Below are positions 1 through 8,830 of a DNA stretch of 12,053 nt, in pieces. Numbering within the stretch: position 1 is the stretch's first letter; every line of letters starts with the position of its first letter. The notes beneath the pieces are model-generated. The model ran no database searches and was not told the DNA's origin. It saw only the letters and a list, made by a program, of their open reading frames with translations. This DNA is from Octopus sinensis (Eukaryota). The position numbers and the translations under genes are program-made. The stretch lies in contig NW_021826685.1 of NCBI RefSeq assembly GCF_006345805.1, positions 1 through 12,053 on the forward strand. The letters run 5' to 3'.

Positions 1-567
1 AATAATTTCTGGGAATAATGTATTTTAATCTTAGTGAAATTAGCCATTTTTAAAAAACTTGTCATGTTTTATGGGAGTGGGTAGCAGTGGTGGCGTTGGT
101 GGTGGTGGGAGTGGGGGGTCACCGCCGCCATATCCCGCCTCCTCCTCCGCCACTCACTACTTTCAGACATTATGTTCTTGCGCTCAATGTTTTCCGTTAT
201 TGCTAAATTTGAAAAAACAAAAAAATTATTTTTGAAATTCAAATTTCTTTCAACGACATCATATGATCGCTCGTTGTTATTGTTGTTGTTATTATTATAA
301 ATGTTGTTGTAACTATTGTTGTTCTTGCTGCGCCAGTTCATGTTTCTCTTGTCGCAGAAATCGATGTAACACCTCCAATTTTTTCTTTCTATGCATGTCA
401 TTGTTTCGCGGTTTTACTTTTTTGTTTTGTAATGTTCTCTTTCTTCATGCTTACCCTTGTGGCAAATAAAGAAATTATTACTAATATCATTTTAATTAAT
501 ATCATTAATAGATATTTTACAAGAATTATTATTATAGTTCTATTATTATTGTTGTTATAATAATAAT

Positions 568-627
568 AGTCTTATTTTTATCACCTGTTTTCACTGCATC
601 ACAGAGCGCACTCAATACATGCTGTGG
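568..627 (-). mobile_element. Decayed 3'-terminal (3' UTR) remnant of the same R4/Dong-like LINE as 2057-2430
   Basis: 568-610 aligns by eye to 2061-2103 at 33/43 identity (AGTCTTATTTTTATCACCTG..GAGCGCA vs AGTCTCATTTTTATAACATG..GAGCGCA). A further TGCTGTGG match follows a short gap. It abuts an ATT/AAT-rich tail at ~535-567. Confidence 0.5.
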
Positions 628-677
628 AGTATAATTATCAAATGAATTAAAATTAAAGAAAAAAGATATTGCCTAAA

Positions 678-1030
678 GATAAGGCTACACCAGGCACATG
701 CATCACAACCATATGTGCGCGACGTGGTGACCTCATATCCAGATAAACAGCGTATGACCTTGCAGGTGGGGCCCAGTTAGAATTCCTTTCAACACTCGGT
801 AATGATGTTTCCCCAAATACTTCTGCTCGTAATCAGAGATGCACATATCGTCAGCCACTCAGGGACATGCTCAAGTGGTTAAGGTCAAACAACTGACAAG
901 CAAATCTGTGGTATTGAGCAGAATATTTGCTGTAGCCCATCTTTTATACCAGACAAAACAATGTACATGATAACACTTCCAATCGTTAGATCAGAAGCCA
1001 TGAGACCACTGCCTGGTACTCTGCATCATA
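678..1030 (-). mobile_element. Interspersed non-coding repeat, copy 1 (internally deleted, 3'-truncated); inverted homolog of 10517-11057
   Basis: The reverse complement of 1020-680 (AGTACCAGGCAGTGGTCTCATGGCTTCTGATC..GATTGGAAGTGTTATCATGTACATTGTTTTGTC..GGTATAAAAGATGGGCTACAGCAAATATTCTGCTCAATACCACAG...) matches 10519-10972 closely apart from a ~115-nt gap. Orientation is inferred from the (AAT)n tail of the longer copy. Confidence 0.85.
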
Positions 1031-1038
1031 TATTATTT

Positions 1039-1070
<32 letters not shown>

Positions 1071-1088
1071 ATTATTATTATTTATTAC
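1031..1088. repeat. (TTA)n microsatellite
   Basis: Direct reading. Confidence 0.97.
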
Positions 1089-1089
1089 A

Positions 1090-1275
1090 GATCTGTTACG
1101 GTCATCGCAAAATCTTTGCAGCTTTTCATCGTTTTTTAAGTTGTCATGTCGCTGATGTCGACTTTGCGCTTCATTCTCCTCGAGATCGAAGAAATAAAAG
1201 TAGCATCAAACCATGGGGTCGATATAATGGAGGATACCCTTCTTCCAAATTTTGGGTCTTGTAGAGCCATATTTT
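1090..1275 (+). mobile_element. Heavily decayed tRNA-derived SINE with Nin/Deu-like central domain
   Basis: GTCGACTTTGCGCTTCATTCTCCTCGAGATCGAAGAAATAAAAGTAG resembles the Nin/Deu-type core (CTTTCATCCTTCCGAGGTCGATAAAATGAGTACC), recalled from memory. 1181-1270 is also similar to the reverse complement of 4068-4160 in this window. Confidence 0.45.
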
Positions 1276-1404
1276 TTCCTTTGCTACCACCCCAGTTAAC
1301 TTGCTTTCCTCCTTCCGAACGATGCCATAAAGTTCCGTCAAATCCGATTTGCAACACACAACAACCCCTTCAAGAATACTGCTTCGGCTTAATCAGAACC
1401 CACC

Positions 1405-1475
1405 ATCACCAATGGCAGTGGCATTTCCCCGTCTTATGTTCGGAGTTCAAATTCCACGATGTTGTCTGGCCTTGA
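1405..1475 (+). mobile_element. Short decayed SINE 5' fragment with B-box
   Basis: GGAGTTCAAATTCC at ~1442-1455 fits the Pol III B-box (GTTCRANNC). The flanking sequence resembles the head of the family at 1090-1275. Confidence 0.35.
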
Positions 1476-1492
1476 CCAAACATTTGAAACCC

Positions 1493-1586
<94 letters not shown>

Positions 1587-1610
1587 TATTATTATTATTA
1601 TTATTATTAT
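1493..1610. repeat. (TTA)n microsatellite with two 1-nt phase slips
   Basis: Direct reading; TTATATTA slips near 1545 and 1584. Confidence 0.97.
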
Positions 1611-1950
1611 CGCGCATGCTCAGTGGTTAGAGCGTCGAGCTTACGATCGTGAGGTTGTGAGCTCGAATCCCGGACCGGGCTGCGTGTTGTGTTCTTGAGC
1701 AAGACACTTTATTTCACGTTGCTCCAGTTCACTCACTGTAGAAATGAGTTGCGACGTCACTGGTGCCAAGCTGTATTGACCCCTTTGCCTTTCCCTTGGA
1801 TAACACTGGTGGCGTGGAGAGGGGAGGCCGGTATGCATGCGGCTACTACTGGTCTTCCATAAAACAACCTTGCCCAGACTTGTGCCTCAGAGTGTAACTC
1901 TCTAGGTGCAATCCCATGGTCACTCATGACCGAAGGGGGTCTTTACCCCT
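1611..1950 (+). mobile_element. Near full-length tRNA-derived SINE with CORE-like domain
   Basis: A-box/D-arm GCTC-AGTGGTTA-GAGC (1618-1633) and B-box GAGCTCGAATCC (1659-1670, T>C at an invariant position). Then TGTGTTCTTGAGCAAGACACTT...CTGTAGAAATGAG, resembling the MIR/CORE consensus. Ends CTTTACCCCTTTA into (TTA)n. Confidence 0.85.
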
Positions 1951-1980
1951 TTATTATCATTATTATTATTATGATCATCA

Positions 1981-2056
<76 letters not shown>
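1951..2056. repeat. (TTA)n microsatellite; includes the (AAT)n tail of the minus-strand R4/Dong fragment
   Basis: Direct reading. Confidence 0.95.
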
Positions 2057-2059
<3 letters not shown>

Positions 2060-2425
2060 TAGTCTCATTTTTATAACATGCTTTCTCTTTACTACCGAGC
2101 GCAGCTCTGTGTGCCTTGGATATGTGCTGTGGTTTGTTGTGATGCTCTTATTTTTTACTGTATTAAAAGTGTTTTATGTAGGATGTGTGCAGTGCCTAGT
2201 ACTGCTACTTTCTGTATGTTATATACACTTGTTAGTCCTGGTGTTTTTGTTATGTATTTGTCTGAATATTTTTTTTATTATAGCTAAAGCATTGTCATTG
2301 TTTCTGTTTTTAGATTCCACATACGAGTTAACCTCTATTTCCAGGTATTTGTATTTTGAAAATTTCTCCGTTTCTTTCAGAGAAAAGTTGTCATCTGTTG
2401 ATATTGAAACGTCAATTAGAAGACA

Positions 2426-2430
<5 letters not shown>
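2057..2430 (-). mobile_element. 5'-truncated R4/Dong-clade non-LTR retrotransposon (RLE C-terminus, ~100-nt 3' UTR, (AAT)n tail)
   Basis: Manual minus-strand translation across three frameshifts gives KCLLIDVSISTDDNFSLKETEKFSKYKYLEIEV/TRMWNLKTETMT/ALAIIKK/YSDKYITKTPGLTSVYNIQKVAVLGTAHILHKTLLIQ*. The IDV...EK..KY..L...W and IQK..LGT..IL motifs are typical of the PD-(D/E)xK RLE domain end of R4/Dong elements. Flanked by (TAA)n on both sides. Confidence 0.85.
2155..2428 (-). pseudogene. Disrupted ORF remnant, restriction-like endonuclease C-terminus
   Basis: Stop TAA at 2157-2155; frameshifts near 2330, 2292 and 2269; no start codon; the upstream PD motif and RT are lost by truncation. Confidence 0.8.
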
Positions 2431-2471
<41 letters not shown>

Positions 2472-2492
2472 CATCATCATCATCATCATCAT

Positions 2493-2533
<41 letters not shown>

Positions 2534-2820
2534 TATTATTGTTGTTGTTGTTGTTGTTGCTATTATTGTTGTTGTTGTTGTTGCTGCTGTTGATGTGTTA
2601 TTATTATTATCATCATTACTATTAATAATGTGTTATAGTTAGTATCTTTATTATTTTCATTAGTATTATAATTATTAGCATCATTATCTTTATTAACATA
2701 ATTACTTTTTTTGTTGCTATTATTATCACTATCATCATCAATACTACTACTATACTACTACTACTACTACTACTACTATCATCATCGTCATCATCCTCAT
2801 CATCATCATCATTATGTTAA
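2431..2820. repeat. Compound trinucleotide microsatellite (TTA)/(TCA)/(TTG)/(CTG)/(CTA)
   Basis: Direct reading. Confidence 0.93.
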
Positions 2821-3189
2821 TGATATTGCCATTACAGTTTTCTTTAACTACATTTTAACACGAGAACACAAACAGGAAGGTTCTATTGTTGTTAGACAAG
2901 GAAAAGTTTGTTTCTGTTGAGTTCCAAAGCGATACCATGGCGCTGCCATGTGTTTGTAAAGGAAACGGCTGATAAGGAAACATTATAGAAAAATTTAACG
3001 AGTTAAGCATGAATCAGCGGCAAGTGATGTAATTATGCGTAAATATATATAGGGGAATAAATAACGATAAAAAGAATGAGCCGATTCTTTCAAATGAAAT
3101 GTTAAATTGGCTTCCTTGATGAGATATATACAGTTGATATGACAAAGGCAAAGTTCTCAGCGGTAATTGAATCGAAAAGAGGAGGGGGG

Positions 3190-3466
3190 ATGAGGATGAG
3201 GAGGAGGGGGAGGAGAGGAAGAAGAAGAAGAAGAAGAAGAAGACAGGAAGGAGGTGGAGGAGAAGGCGAAGATGAAAACCCGATGGAGGTGGAGGAGGAG
3301 ACGAATAATAATAATAATAATAATCTAATAATAATAATAATAGTAATAATAATAATAATAATGATAAGAAGAAGTAGAAAAAGAAGAAGACGTGAAGGAG
3401 GTGCAGGAGAGGGCGAAGACGAAAACCTGATGGAGGCGGGGGAGGAGACGAATAATAATAATAATG

Positions 3467-3508
<42 letters not shown>

Positions 3509-3685
3509 TATAATAATAATGATAATATTAATAATGATAATAATAATGTATAATAATCAATAATCATAATAATAATAATAACAATAATAATATGATGATA
3601 ATAATGATGATGATGATGATGATGATGATGATTAAGAAGATAATACAAGAAGAATTGGAAGAAGAAGAAGAAGAAGAAGAAGAAA
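3190..3685. repeat. (GAG)/(GAA)/(AAT)/(GAT) low-complexity block containing a 147-bp tandem duplication
   Basis: The core GAAGGAGGTG...GGAGACGAAT starts at 3247 and 3394 (54/60 identical). Confidence 0.9.
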
Positions 3686-3794
3686 GAATTCATGATAGCA
3701 AACGTTTTATATATTTACCTTGAAAGTATTGGAAAGGAGAGGACGATGGAGGGGAGGCTGAAGGTGATGAGGATAATGAAGGCAGAAGTGTGCG

Positions 3795-3948
3795 CGTGTG
3801 TGTTGTGTGTGTGTGTATGCGTGTGTGTGTGTGTGTGAGTGTGGTGATAAGAGTGTTTGTGAAAATAGCGGTGGTGGTGGTGGTGGTGGCGTTAATGATG
3901 TTTCTATTGATTGTTTAAAGATAACACCGGTGGTGGTGATGACGGTGG

Positions 3949-3982
<34 letters not shown>

Positions 3983-4040
3983 GGTGGTGGTGGTGGTGGT
4001 TGATGATGATGATGGTGATGATGGTGATGATGATGATAAT
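3795..4040. repeat. (GT)n then (GGT)n/(GAT)n microsatellites
   Basis: Direct reading. Confidence 0.92.
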
Positions 4041-4067
4041 GAGGATCAGGATACTAACGTTTTGTAA

Positions 4068-4235
4068 TTTAGGCACAAGGCCAGCAATTTTGAAGTGAGT
4101 GGAATTAGTTAAAAGCGGCAGGCCCAGTATCTCACTGGTACTTCATTTTATCGATCTTGGGAAATTGATCTTAGAATGATAAAAGTCTGAACAAATACAG
4201 CAGAGCATTTGTTCCGATGCTCTAACCATCCTACG
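4068..4235 (-). mobile_element. Decayed SINE of the Nin/Deu-like family
   Basis: The minus strand reads GATCGATAAAATGAAGTACCAGTGAGATACTGGG...CAAAATTGCTGGCCTTGTGCCTAAA, similar to 1181-1270 (+). Confidence 0.5.
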
Positions 4236-4262
4236 TGCGTAAAAAATAGTAATAATAATAAT

Positions 4263-4491
4263 CTCTTTCTCTTTTTTTCTCTTTTTACTTGTTTCAGTCA
4301 TTTGACTGCGGCCATGCTGGAGCATCGCCTTTAATCGAGCAACTCGACCCCGGGACTTATTCTTTTTGTAAGCCCAGTACTTATTCTATCGGTGTCTTTT
4401 TGCCGAACCGTAAGTAACGGGGACATAAACACACCAACATCGGTTGTCAAGCAATGCTAGGTGGACAAACACAGACACACAAACACACACA

Positions 4492-4533
<42 letters not shown>

Positions 4534-4722
4534 TAATATATATATATATATATATATACATATATACGACAGGCTTCTTTCAGTTTCCGTCTACCAAATC
4601 CCTCACAAGGCATTGGTCGGCCGGGGCATAGCAGAAGACACTTGTCCAAGATGCCACGCAGTTGGACTGAACCTGGAACTATGTGGTTGGTTAGCAAGCT
4701 ACTTACCACACAGCCACTCCTG
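4263..4722 (-). mobile_element. tRNA-derived SINE with CORE-like segment and internal (TA)n/(TG)n microsatellite, copy 1
   Basis: Minus-strand head CAGGAGTGGCTGTGTGGTAAG (A-box-like) and GGTTCAGTCC (B-box-like). CORE-like GCGTGGCATCTTGGACAAGTGTCTT. 3' end CCAGCATGGCCGCAGTCAAATGACTGAAACAAGTAAAAAGAG. A second copy lies at 5165-5554. Confidence 0.88.
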
Positions 4723-5028
4723 GGTATATATATAATATTCTGGCTTAGCAGAAGCAGTTGCAATTGGGGGTATATAGGCAATTTACGTAACTATGCACCA
4801 GGGTAGACACTTGAAGATTGGCAGGTAGAGTGGTTAGGTGGCAGTGAAGATTGTAGAAGAGGGTGTCAGGAAGTGGGGTAGGTCGGGACAAGGCTGGCTG
4901 GGGGAGATGTTAAATGATGCTATGCGATATGTGTTTAAATATGTGAGATGGCAGACGAAAAGAATACGATGAACAGTTGGAATGTATCGTGACAACGTGA
5001 CATATAGTTGAGAATTCTTCGGTTACTA

Positions 5029-5047
5029 TAAATATATATATATATAT

Positions 5048-5132
<85 letters not shown>

Positions 5133-5160
5133 ATATATATATGATATGTATGTATATATA
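5029..5160. repeat. (TA)n microsatellite
   Basis: Direct reading. Confidence 0.95.
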
Positions 5161-5164
5161 TTTT

Positions 5165-5554
5165 ATATTCTTTTATTTCTTTCAGCCATTTGACTGCGGC
5201 CATGCTGGAGTGTCGCCTTTACTCGAGCAAATCGATCCCAGGGCTTATTCTTTGTAAGCCTAGTACTTATTCTATCGGTCTCCTTTGTTGAACATCTAAG
5301 TTACGGGGACGTAAACACACCTGCATCGGTTGTCAAGCGAAGTTGGGGGACAAACAGACGCGCACAAACATATACTACACACCACACACACACACATATA
5401 TATATATACGACGGGCTTCTTTCAGTTTCCCTCTACCAACTCCACTCACAAGGCTTTGGTTTGCCTAGGGCTATAATAGAAAACACTTGTCCAAGATGCC
5501 ACGCATGTGGTTGGTAAGCAAGCTATTTACCACACACAGTCATTTCCCTACGCC
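5165..5554 (-). mobile_element. Same SINE family, copy 2, B-box deleted
   Basis: Colinear with 4281-4722 (CATTTGACTGCGGCCATGCTGGAG, TACTTATTCTATCGG, CATCGGTTGTCAAGC, GGCTTCTTTCAGTTTCC, ACACTTGTCCAAGATGCCACGCA). 21 nt are missing at 5505/5506. Confidence 0.88.
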
Positions 5555-5681
5555 ATATATATATATATATATTATATATATATATACATATCACAAATGT
5601 ATATAATATATATGTATATGAATATATATATGTACAACAACCATACATTAATATATGAATGCTTGTATATTTGCGTATTTG

Positions 5682-5751
<70 letters not shown>

Positions 5752-5860
5752 TATTTATATACATATATATACACATATTATATATATTACATATATTCAT
5801 ATACATTATATTATTAATATTCATGTATACACATCCATTAATATACATGTATGTATGTAG
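5555..5860. repeat. Degenerate (TA)n/(TATG)n region
   Basis: Direct reading. Confidence 0.9.
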
Positions 5861-6044
5861 GCAGGTAGGAATGTAGGTAAGTATAGACGCCCGTTTAGTG
5901 AAATGCATTATCTCTAGAGAGTGTCGGATGCAGATTACACATTGCACATTGCAATTGTATCGTCTGTTATTTTCGTTGCTGCAGTCTACTGTCACAGCTG
6001 TTGGCTATATCTATCTTTAATTGCACATTCCTCGCGATAGATTA

Positions 6045-6218
6045 TGTATGTGTGTGTCTGTATGTATGCATTACATACACATATATGTATATCCATTTCA
6101 CATGTATGCATATTCATATATGTATATTCATCTACACATATCTGTATATACATACACATATCTGTATATTCATATACATATATATGTATATTTATATACA
6201 TATATATGTATAATTTAT

Positions 6219-6255
<37 letters not shown>

Positions 6256-6382
6256 AATATTTATATATGCATAATATATGTAATATATATATTATATACA
6301 TATATATGTAGATTTACATATTCATATACATATGCATACAAATATATACATATATTTATGTATGCGTGTATATATATATATG

Positions 6383-6418
<36 letters not shown>

Positions 6419-6502
6419 CAGAGAGAGGGGAGAGGAGAGAGAGAGAGAGAAAGACAGACAGTCAGATAGACAAACAGACAGACGAAGAAAACTAAATGGT
6501 TG

Positions 6503-6572
<70 letters not shown>

Positions 6573-6610
6573 CCAACCGACTGAAGGATAGAAAAATGAT
6601 AGATAGATAG
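6045..6610. repeat. Compound microsatellite (TA/TG)n-(TA)n-(GA)n-(GACA)n-(GATA)17
   Basis: Direct reading; perfect (GATA)17 at 6503-6570. Confidence 0.95.
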
Positions 6611-6736
6611 ACCGAGGTGCGAGCGTGTGTGTTTGATATGCAAGTGCGGCTCGAAGGAAAATGGACGAAATATATCAAGGAGAGTAATTCGAAAACAGTA
6701 CAAGATATCTGTAAGTAATTAAAATACTTGATAGAG

Positions 6737-6975
<239 letters not shown>

Positions 6976-7197
6976 ACTTAGAAGCATAATTAGCATATTT
7001 AATGTATTCAGTGATTAACACCGACGTAATTACTCAGAAACGCCATCTGCTTGCAGTTACGTGAGACGGTGCCAGATTGGAATCCGAATCTACCTTTTCA
7101 CAGTTCCAAAGATTTCAGGTGAATGGAAATCGCAGCTAAATTAGGCGGTAGAACTGTTTACCATTTTATCTACTGTTATTTTGTGACAATTGCTCTT

Positions 7198-7411
7198 ACA
7201 CACACACACACACGTAAATATATGTATATGTGTGTATATGTATATATATTTGGATATATGTATATATGTGTGTGTATACGTGTATGCATTTTTATATACA
7301 TGTGAGCGTATGAGTGTGTGTATATATCTATATATATATATTTGTATTTGTGTGTGTACATTAGGCACATATGCGGTGTATATATGCATATACGTCTACA
7401 TTTATCAATAG

Positions 7412-7445
<34 letters not shown>

Positions 7446-7452
7446 GTGTGTG

Positions 7453-7517
<65 letters not shown>

Positions 7518-7531
7518 CTCTCTCTCTCTCT

Positions 7532-7563
<32 letters not shown>

Positions 7564-7680
7564 ATACATATATAACATACATACATACATACATACATGC
7601 ATGCATACATACATACATACATACATACATACATACATACATACATACATACATACATACACATACATACATACATACGT
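7198..7680. repeat. Compound microsatellite (TA/TG)-(TATG)n-(TATC)16-(TC)7-(TA)n-(TACA)n
   Basis: Direct reading; perfect (TATC)16 at 7453-7516. Confidence 0.95.
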
Positions 7681-8084
7681 GTCTTCTGACTTTGCACGTG
7701 TAGGTTGCTTTTTATTTATCTCCGAAGCTCTGAGAGAATCTACGCTTCTCGACTATTCCTTTTCACGTGACATGTCTTTAATTAAAGCACGTTCATAATT
7801 AGTGTGATATGCATAATTTTGTCTATTTAATTTCTAAATATTATTTATTCATTTTACAGTATTCTCCAACGTGCCGTTTCCTCTCCATGATAACCGCAGA
7901 CCTTACGCAGTTCTTATCTTTCAGTTATCGGAATGGAAATCACATTCGTGCAGGACGTTCAAACCAGAAACGTGTTATTAGTCACCCGTGGGTACCACCC
8001 GACACGTTTAGCTAGATCAAGAATAAATAAGGACAGCACAATGTTCACTCACACCTATCTGCCCTAACCTCTGAAGAACCATTC

Positions 8085-8165
8085 GTTGTTCTTCAGCCTC
8101 AGGTCGACCCTGACTGAACACCTCTATCATCTAAGTTGTTCCAGCCACGACTTCATCACTTCGCG
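8085..8165 (-). mobile_element. Possible decayed retroposon 3'-end remnant
   Basis: The reverse complement (GTCGTGGCTGGAAC...GGGTCGACCTGAGGCTGAAGAACAAC) loosely resembles 8600-8640 and 8697-8755 on the plus strand. Confidence 0.3.
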
Positions 8166-8351
8166 TCCTTCCTGGTTGAAGACATTATAACGTGATTTAA
8201 CAGAAACCCAGTTAACATTTCTAGCTGGTACAGTGACTACACAGAGGCTGCCTCTTAAAGTTGATGATTCAAACTAAATCGACCGCTGCACCTGGATAGG
8301 TCGCCAGTCTATTTTAAGTGGAATTCACTTTCCCATATAATCTTATAGTAA

Positions 8352-8370
8352 GATATATATATATATGTTG

Positions 8371-8401
<31 letters not shown>

Positions 8402-8428
8402 TGTGTGTGTATGTATATATATATATAT
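8352..8428. repeat. (TA)n-(TG)n-(TA)n
   Basis: Direct reading. Confidence 0.95.
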
Positions 8429-8599
8429 TCCCGCAAAACCAGGAGTTGGTAGGATGATCGCGAACTCATGAACTCAAGGCCTGTTGTAGCAACACTTTAT
8501 CCTGGGGTTAAATAGCAGCAATAACAACAACACCAGCAGCAGCAGCAGCGACAACAACAACAACATGAGTGACAAGACTTGCAGCTACAGCAGTAGGAA

Positions 8600-8775
8600 T
8601 AACAAGCAGAACGCGATGGCCACGGTTGGAACAGTTTTGATCCTGGCTTCATCCGATCTGGACAAAAATCTGATCAGTAACAATAACAACAACAACGGAA
8701 TGGTCATGGGTGGAGTAATCTGACCGTAGGTCTGACCAGGGGCCAAACAACAACAACAACAACAACAACAACAGT
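8600..8775 (+). mobile_element. Two tandem decayed retroposon 3'-end remnants each ending in (AAC)n
   Basis: GATGGCCACGGTTGGAAC...AACAATAACAACAAC and GAATGGTCATGGGTGGAG...CTGACCAGGGGCCAAACAACAAC share a similar start and an (AAC)n tail. Confidence 0.3.
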
Positions 8776-8830
8776 AGCAACAGTAGAAAGTCGAGCGAAC
8801 GGTAGATTAAGCAGTAAATGGTTCGTTATT

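Noticed and set aside
69-469. ORFs 69-401 (-), 263-469 (+) and a short MGVGSSGG..PPPY ORF at 71-235 (+)
   Set aside because: Low-complexity peptides driven by (AAC)/(GGT) runs; no recognisable domain or convincing splice context.
1136-1475. Overlapping ORFs of 62-109 aa in comparatively GC-rich sequence
   Set aside because: No domain similarity recognised; the sequence is better explained as decayed SINE pieces.
1611-1680. tRNA gene
   Set aside because: The D-arm is intact, but the T-stem and acceptor stem do not pair, the B-box is mutated, and it runs straight into a CORE-like SINE body.
1926-2642. 238-aa hydrophobic ORF resembling a membrane protein
   Set aside because: Poly-I/L/Y/H/V come from trinucleotide repeats; the middle is the antisense of the AAC/AAA-rich R4 remnant.
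3139-3513. 124-aa protamine-like or repeat protein
   Set aside because: Built from microsatellites; differences between the duplicated units look neutral and CpG-driven.
4735-5025. G-rich unique segment between the two SINEs as a Penelope or CR1 coding fragment
   Set aside because: Manual translation gave no GIY-YIG, APE or RT motif; left unannotated.
7860-8015. Exon after the strong acceptor TTATTTATTCATTTTACAG, or a 105-nt minus-strand exon at 8011-7907
   Set aside because: Plus frames give unrecognised peptides with only a weak donor; the minus candidate has stops in all three frames.
8490-8723. Asn/Ser-rich open frame (MSDKTCSY...GGVI)
   Set aside because: Poly-Asn derives from (AAC)n tails of repeat remnants; no homology recognised.
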